Below are positions 60,145 to 64,000 of a stretch of 64,000 nt of DNA, one piece after another. Made by a program: the position numbers and the translations under genes. Positions within the stretch are counted from its first letter, which is position 1; every line of letters begins with the position of its first letter. Origin of the DNA: a virus; the IMG/VR virus record IMGVR_UViG_3300036792_000284, positions 32,001 through 96,000 of that record; one strand, given 5' to 3'. The notes beneath the pieces are model-generated. The model did not search any database, had not been told where the DNA came from, and worked only from the letters and a program-made list of their open reading frames with translations.

Positions 60145-60298
60145 CCTGCTCGACCTCCTGGCGGGCCGGGCGGATAACCTCGTCCGCCATCACCAGGGGG
60201 ATGCCGCAGTAGTTCGCGACCTGTTCGTCTGTCCAGTCACCGTGCACTCGCAGCACTTTTTTGGCAGCGAGGAACCACTCAACTCTTGAGGAGGCCAT
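60137..60298 (-). CDS. 53-aa HTH-like protein
   Basis: MASSRVEWFLAAKKVLRVHGDWTDEQVANYCGIPL; ACGATC-N8-ATG start. Confidence 0.6.
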   Translation of the reverse strand: MASSRVEWFLAAKKVLRVHGDWTDEQVANYCGIPLVMADEVIRPARQEVEQDG

Positions 60299-60306
60299 GC
60301 CCGCGT

Positions 60307-60312
60307 GATCGT
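60307..60312 (-). promoter_or_regulatory. CGAT-class promoter candidate (sigma operon)
   Basis: ACGATC-N8-ATG. Confidence 0.5.
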
Positions 60313-60365
60313 CACGCATCACCAGACTGCGCGAGGCCGCGGTGATGACGGCGCAATCAGGCCTA

Positions 60366-60398
60366 GGGCCCCGGGAAAGGAGGCATAACCCGGGGCCC
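60366..60398. terminator. Hairpin, possible terminator
   Basis: 10-bp perfect inverted repeat gggccccggg / cccggggccc. Confidence 0.6.
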
Positions 60399-60453
60399 GC
60401 CAGACCATGGCAAGAACCACGGTACCCGCGCAAACGGCGGGAAACTATCTCAG

Positions 60454-62166
60454 CTAGGACGGCTCGGCGTCGAGCTTGCCGGTGGCGACCAGGCGCATCA
60501 GCTGCCACGGGCTCAGCGAGGTGAACATGCCCTCCTCCTCGTCCCACACCACCTCGGCCATCGCCGCCTCGCGCCGCAGCATCGGCAGGAACGCCTCCTC
60601 CACCGTGTTGCGGGCCAGCAGGTGGTGGAAGTACACGCTCGGGTACGGGCTGCCCTGGCGGGCCACCCGGCCCGCCAGCTGCGTCATCCGGGCCGGGTTG
60701 GGGATGGTGTCGGCGGCGATGAGGTGCCGGGCCACCTGCAGGTTGAGGCTGGCCTCGATGGTGGTGGTGCCGACCAGCACCCGGCAGGCCGGGTCCTCGC
60801 GGAACCGCTCCAGCCGGCGGCGGCGCTCCCGCTTGTCGGTCTCCCCCGACCACATCAGCACGTGGTCGATGCCCGCGTCCTGCAGCCGGGCCGACATGGC
60901 CGCTACGTTCTGCTTGAAGTAGATGAAGCAGACCGCCTTCTCCTCCGACAGGTCGCCGGTGATCCGGTCCATCGCCCAGTCCAGCTTCACCGAGTCGTCG
61001 GCGTCCGCGCCGGAGTCGAGGGCGGCGAGGCCGCTGCAAATCTGCCGGGCACGGGTGAACGCCGCGCCGGCCTCGGCCGTGGAGACCCGCGCGCCGGCGT
61101 CGCTCAGCCGCCGCAGGATGCCCCTGCTCAGCTCCGCGTAGCGGGCCCGCTGCTTCGGGCTCAGGTCCAGGAACACCGGGTCGTAGACGACCTGGGGCAT
61201 CTCCACGTCGTCCACGTCGGCTGCGCCGCGGCGCAGCACCAGCGGCCAGATCGCCTCGCGGAACTCCCTGACCAGCCGGGGGTTGGCGACGATGCCGGCG
61301 TCCACCGCGACGCGCTTGCGCATCCGGGTGCGGCCCGTCTTGTCCTGCGGGTCCTTGACGACGATCCACTTCATCGCCTGGGCGACGTACCGCGACTTCA
61401 CCCGCTCGATCGTGCCGAGCCGGTACCGGCCGCCGACCGGCTCCAGGAACGACCACAGCTCTTCCAGCCGCTTCTGCAGCGGGGTGGCGTGCAGCCCGTG
61501 CACCCGGGAGCACTTGGCGGCCAGCCGGTTGACGGCCCGGGCCGTCTCGGTGGTGTGGTTGCGCATCGGGTCGATGTCGTCGTAGATCAAGATGCCGACC
61601 GGGAAGCGGTCGAGCAGGTCCACGTCGCCCTCGCGCTGCATCTTCTTGCCGTGCGCGCCGCCCAGCGTGCGGTCGCCGACGACCGCGATCTCCCAGTTGC
61701 CCATGTAGCCGCGGGTGCGCTGGTTCCTGTCGCCGTCGGCCACGTAGAACGAGATGCCGGGCAGCACGCGCTTCAGCTCGTTGCCCCACGGGTCCCAGGT
61801 GGCGGCCGACTTGCAGACGATGACCGCCCGGTTGTGCAGGCCCAGCTCCCCGGTCTCCTTGCACATCGCGAGCAGGAGCAGGGCCGTGGCCGTCTTGCCC
61901 AGCCCGACGGCGTCGGTCAGCAGGCCCGGCAGCCCCAGGTACATCCAGGCCGCCCCCACCCGCTGGTGCTTGCGCGGCTTGATGCCGCACCGGCGGCAGA
62001 AGATGAGCAGGTCGGGCGCGTGCTCCGCGCACGGCTCGCTGTTGAACCATTTCAGGTCCGGCCAGTCGTCGATGTCCGGCAGCCCCCTGATCCGGGCGGC
62101 GGCAGCGGCGCGGACGGCGCGGGACAGCCGGGCGGCGTCGGGCAGGTCAGTATCGAGCAGGGCCAC
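60454..62166 (-). CDS. SNF2-like SF2 helicase
   Basis: DAVGLGKT, LIYDD, HATP, TIEASLNL, QLAGRVARQG. Confidence 0.88.
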   Translation of the reverse strand: MALLDTDLPDAARLSRAVRAAAAARIRGLPDIDDWPDLKWFNSEPCAEHAPDLLIFCRRCGIKPRKHQRVGAAWMYLGLPGLLTDAVGLGKTATALLLLAMCKETGELGLHNRAVIVCKSAATWDPWGNELKRVLPGISFYVADGDRNQRTRGYMGNWEIAVVGDRTLGGAHGKKMQREGDVDLLDRFPVGILIYDDIDPMRNHTTETARAVNRLAAKCSRVHGLHATPLQKRLEELWSFLEPVGGRYRLGTIERVKSRYVAQAMKWIVVKDPQDKTGRTRMRKRVAVDAGIVANPRLVREFREAIWPLVLRRGAADVDDVEMPQVVYDPVFLDLSPKQRARYAELSRGILRRLSDAGARVSTAEAGAAFTRARQICSGLAALDSGADADDSVKLDWAMDRITGDLSEEKAVCFIYFKQNVAAMSARLQDAGIDHVLMWSGETDKRERRRRLERFREDPACRVLVGTTTIEASLNLQVARHLIAADTIPNPARMTQLAGRVARQGSPYPSVYFHHLLARNTVEEAFLPMLRREAAMAEVVWDEEEGMFTSLSPWQLMRLVATGKLDAEPS

Positions 62167-62173
62167 GCCTCTA

Positions 62174-62413
62174 CTACGCCCGGCGGCGCCACCAGCGCCG
62201 CGCGACCAGGAGCCTGGTCTGGTCGTCGGTCAGGTCCCGGATGGCGCCGGTCTGCCGCCGGGTGAGGCCCACGATCTGGGTGGTCTGCTCGGCAGTCTGC
62301 CGGTCCACGTGCCGCTTCACGTGGCGGACGCCCAGCCAGACCGACACCGCGATGCCCGGCCAGGACACGATGATGCCCGAGAGGGTCAGCTCCCAGAAGG
62401 TAAAACCGTCCAC
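62174..62413 (-). CDS. Single-TM membrane protein (holin-like)
   Basis: Hydrophobic N-terminus, basic C-terminus. Confidence 0.55.
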   Translation of the reverse strand: MDGFTFWELTLSGIIVSWPGIAVSVWLGVRHVKRHVDRQTAEQTTQIVGLTRRQTGAIRDLTDDQTRLLVARRWWRRRA

Positions 62414-62417
62414 GTAG

Positions 62418-62774
62418 CTAGCTCACCCGCGGAGGCGCAGCGGCGTGCTCGTGCCCCGTCGCATGCTTGTAGAGGTCGGCCATAATCTGGTGGGCGGCCT
62501 CGACGGCCCTCCTGCGCTTGCGGTCCTGCCGGACCAGGTGCAGCGTCCCGCCCGCGGCGATGCACGCCCCGATGTCACTGGTCACGTTCGTGTAGTTGCC
62601 GCCGATAAGCTCGGCCGACTGCGGCACGTGCACCCCGGCCAGCGGCAGGACGATGAGGTAGGCGCCCAGGGCCAGCAGCCACAGCACGTGCACGCGGCTG
62701 GACAGCGCGCGCGGGATGTAGGACAGGGCCTTGTCGAGCCGGCTTTCCGGCTCGGCCAGTTCAGGGGCGCTCAC
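62418..62774 (-). CDS. Membrane protein
   Basis: 1-2 TM segments; ACGATT-N8-GTG start. Confidence 0.65.
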   Translation of the reverse strand: MSAPELAEPESRLDKALSYIPRALSSRVHVLWLLALGAYLIVLPLAGVHVPQSAELIGGNYTNVTSDIGACIAAGGTLHLVRQDRKRRRAVEAAHQIMADLYKHATGHEHAAAPPRVS

Positions 62775-62782
62775 GGCGGGGC

Positions 62783-62788
62783 AATCGT
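62783..62788 (-). promoter_or_regulatory. CGAT-class late promoter candidate
   Basis: ACGATT-N8-GTG. Confidence 0.6.
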
Positions 62789-62790
62789 CA

Positions 62791-63105
62791 CTAGCACCCG
62801 GGCCCGGCCATGTACTCGCGGTGCAGCCGCCCGATAAGTTCGCGGTGCGGCCTCCTCCCGCACAGGTCCGGGTGGTGGTGCCGGCAGAGCCGGAACGTGC
62901 CCCCCGCGGCCGGGAAGCGGCCGATCCGCAGGCACTTCCACGAGTCGTGGCAGGTGTGCCGGAGGTACCAGGTCACCGTGAACACGGTGAGCCCGACGAA
63001 GAACGACCCGGACACCCCCGACCAGAAGTCGTAGGGCACCCAGACGCCGTACGGGGCTCCGTAGTCGCACCCGAAAAAGTGGACGAGCCAGTGGACGAGG
63101 GCCAC
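62791..63105 (-). CDS. Membrane protein with Cys/His C-terminus
   Basis: TM segment plus CH...C...CRHHH; ACGATT-N8-GTG start. Confidence 0.65.
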   Translation of the reverse strand: MALVHWLVHFFGCDYGAPYGVWVPYDFWSGVSGSFFVGLTVFTVTWYLRHTCHDSWKCLRIGRFPAAGGTFRLCRHHHPDLCGRRPHRELIGRLHREYMAGPGC

Positions 63106-63113
63106 GGCGTGGC

Positions 63114-63119
63114 AATCGT
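63114..63119 (-). promoter_or_regulatory. CGAT-class late promoter candidate
   Basis: ACGATT-N8-GTG. Confidence 0.6.
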
Positions 63120-63547
63120 CACCCGGTGACGATGCCGGCGGCCACGCACAGGCCCGCTGCCGCCGCGGTGATGCCGTACGACAGTGCCCACGCCCGCCAG
63201 CCGCTGTCCGCCCTTATCACAGCGACGACAGCGCACAGAGCGGCTGCGGCGAGGCCACTCGCAAGAAGAGCCGTGCGTCCCGCTGCAACAGCGAACGGAA
63301 GCGCAACAAGGACGGACCCGACAGTGGTGGCGAGTCCGCAAACTGCAGCCCCGCCGAGACCGTCACCGGGATCGGACTGGTAGCGGCCGGACGCCATGCC
63401 GGGGAACGCCGCCAGGCCGCCGGACAGCCCGGCCAGCCACACGGCCAGGTGGGGCTGGTGCGCGATGTAAAGGGCGAGAGACAGCCCGATGCCGGTCGTC
63501 GTCCCGTCGGCCAGCCCCATGATCGCAGCGGCACGGGGGACCTTCAC
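63119..63547 (-). CDS. VIT1/CCC1-like membrane protein
   Basis: IMGLADG and GMASGRYQS match the VIT1 TM1/TM2 pattern. Confidence 0.65.
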   Translation of the reverse strand: MKVPRAAAIMGLADGTTTGIGLSLALYIAHQPHLAVWLAGLSGGLAAFPGMASGRYQSDPGDGLGGAAVCGLATTVGSVLVALPFAVAAGRTALLASGLAAAALCAVVAVIRADSGWRAWALSYGITAAAAGLCVAAGIVTG

Positions 63548-63825
63548 TCGCCGGCGACGCCGAACACGCCCCGGATGCTGGCCAGCAGCTTGCTCAGCTC
63601 GGCCTCCAGCGCGGCGACCGCCTCGGGCCCGTACTTCGCCACGAGGGCGAGGATGTCGGCCTTGGAGGTGCCGAGAACGCTGAGGACCTTGTCTTCGGCG
63701 GCCTTGGCCTCGGCGAGCAGCGTCCTGGCCTCGGTCAGCGCCGCTCCGTCGATCTTCGCGACCTCGGCTTCCACGTCGTGGAGAACCTTCTCGACAGCGC
63801 CTTCAAGGTTAGTGAACAGGGACAT
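63544..63825 (-). CDS. Amphipathic helical hypothetical protein
   Basis: AGGAGG RBS; upstream CCGATT. Confidence 0.7.
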   Translation of the reverse strand: MSLFTNLEGAVEKVLHDVEAEVAKIDGAALTEARTLLAEAKAAEDKVLSVLGTSKADILALVAKYGPEAVAALEAELSKLLASIRGVFGVAGE

Positions 63826-63851
63826 GGGGGCCTCCTTTGCTCCGGCGGGAG

Positions 63852-63857
63852 AATCGG
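63852..63857 (-). promoter_or_regulatory. CGAT-class late promoter candidate (leadered)
   Basis: GCCGATT 26 nt upstream of ATG 63825. Confidence 0.55.
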
Positions 63858-63860
63858 CCC

Positions 63861-64000
63861 TCAGGCCGCCTGGCCGCCAGCCGCCAGCACGTCGGCGTCC
63901 CAGACCTGCACGCCCGCCCGGTAACTGCCCGCGGCGGTCAGCTCGGCGACCGCCCCGTTCTCGGTGAACGCCTGCCCGGCGTCCACGTGGTTGGCCGGGC
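63861..64000 (-). CDS. 3' end of a gene entering from the window edge
   Basis: Open frame ...PANHVDAGQAFTENGAVAELTAAGSYRAGVQVWDADVLAAGGQAA*. Confidence 0.55.
   Translation of the reverse strand, partial: PANHVDAGQAFTENGAVAELTAAGSYRAGVQVWDADVLAAGGQAA

Noticed and set aside
1509-62265. Long plus-strand ORFs in the track (e.g. 1509..3125, 5978..7528, 11769..13484, 47990..50146, 56112..58352)
   Set aside because: Antisense shadows of GC-rich minus-strand genes; no RBS or recognisable motifs.

Overview
64 kb of a large, GC-rich (about 70% by eye) actinobacterial tailed-phage genome. Nearly all genes are on the minus strand, and there is no integrase or host gene in the window. Reading along the minus strand: (1) small membrane/lysis-type genes at 62-64 kb; (2) a replication, recombination and regulation block at about 30-62 kb with an SF2 helicase, a FliA/WhiG-like sigma, a DNA methylase, DnaB, a primase Zn domain, a second ECF-like sigma, family A DNA polymerase, a full bacterial-type clamp loader (DnaX, HolA-like, HolB-like) plus a DnaN clamp, SSB, RuvC, RecA, a split Rad50 with Mre11, a GH25 endolysin, a 981-aa radical SAM fusion and an Acb2-like protein; (3) a methyltransferase plus two glycosyltransferases; (4) terminase; (5) a 5.2-kb array of 34 tRNA genes covering all 20 amino acids, one pseudo-tRNA and two HNH genes; (6) portal, head morphogenesis, protease/scaffold, decoration and major capsid genes, followed by further virion genes. 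The most striking signals are non-coding. The tRNA array holds two circularly permuted tRNA-like RNAs (20343-20479, 20927-21061) and a paralogous pair of about 112-nt structured RNAs with compensatory base changes (20157-20268, 20563-20675). A perfect 16-bp inverted repeat brackets most of the array, and seven tRNAs carry C at the near-invariant U33. A CGAT-N9-start motif sits at identical spacing before 11 genes and matches the phage sigma28-like factor. The portal gene is split by a +1 frameshift next to TTA codons. All calls come from reading the sequence by eye; no database searches or folding programs were run.
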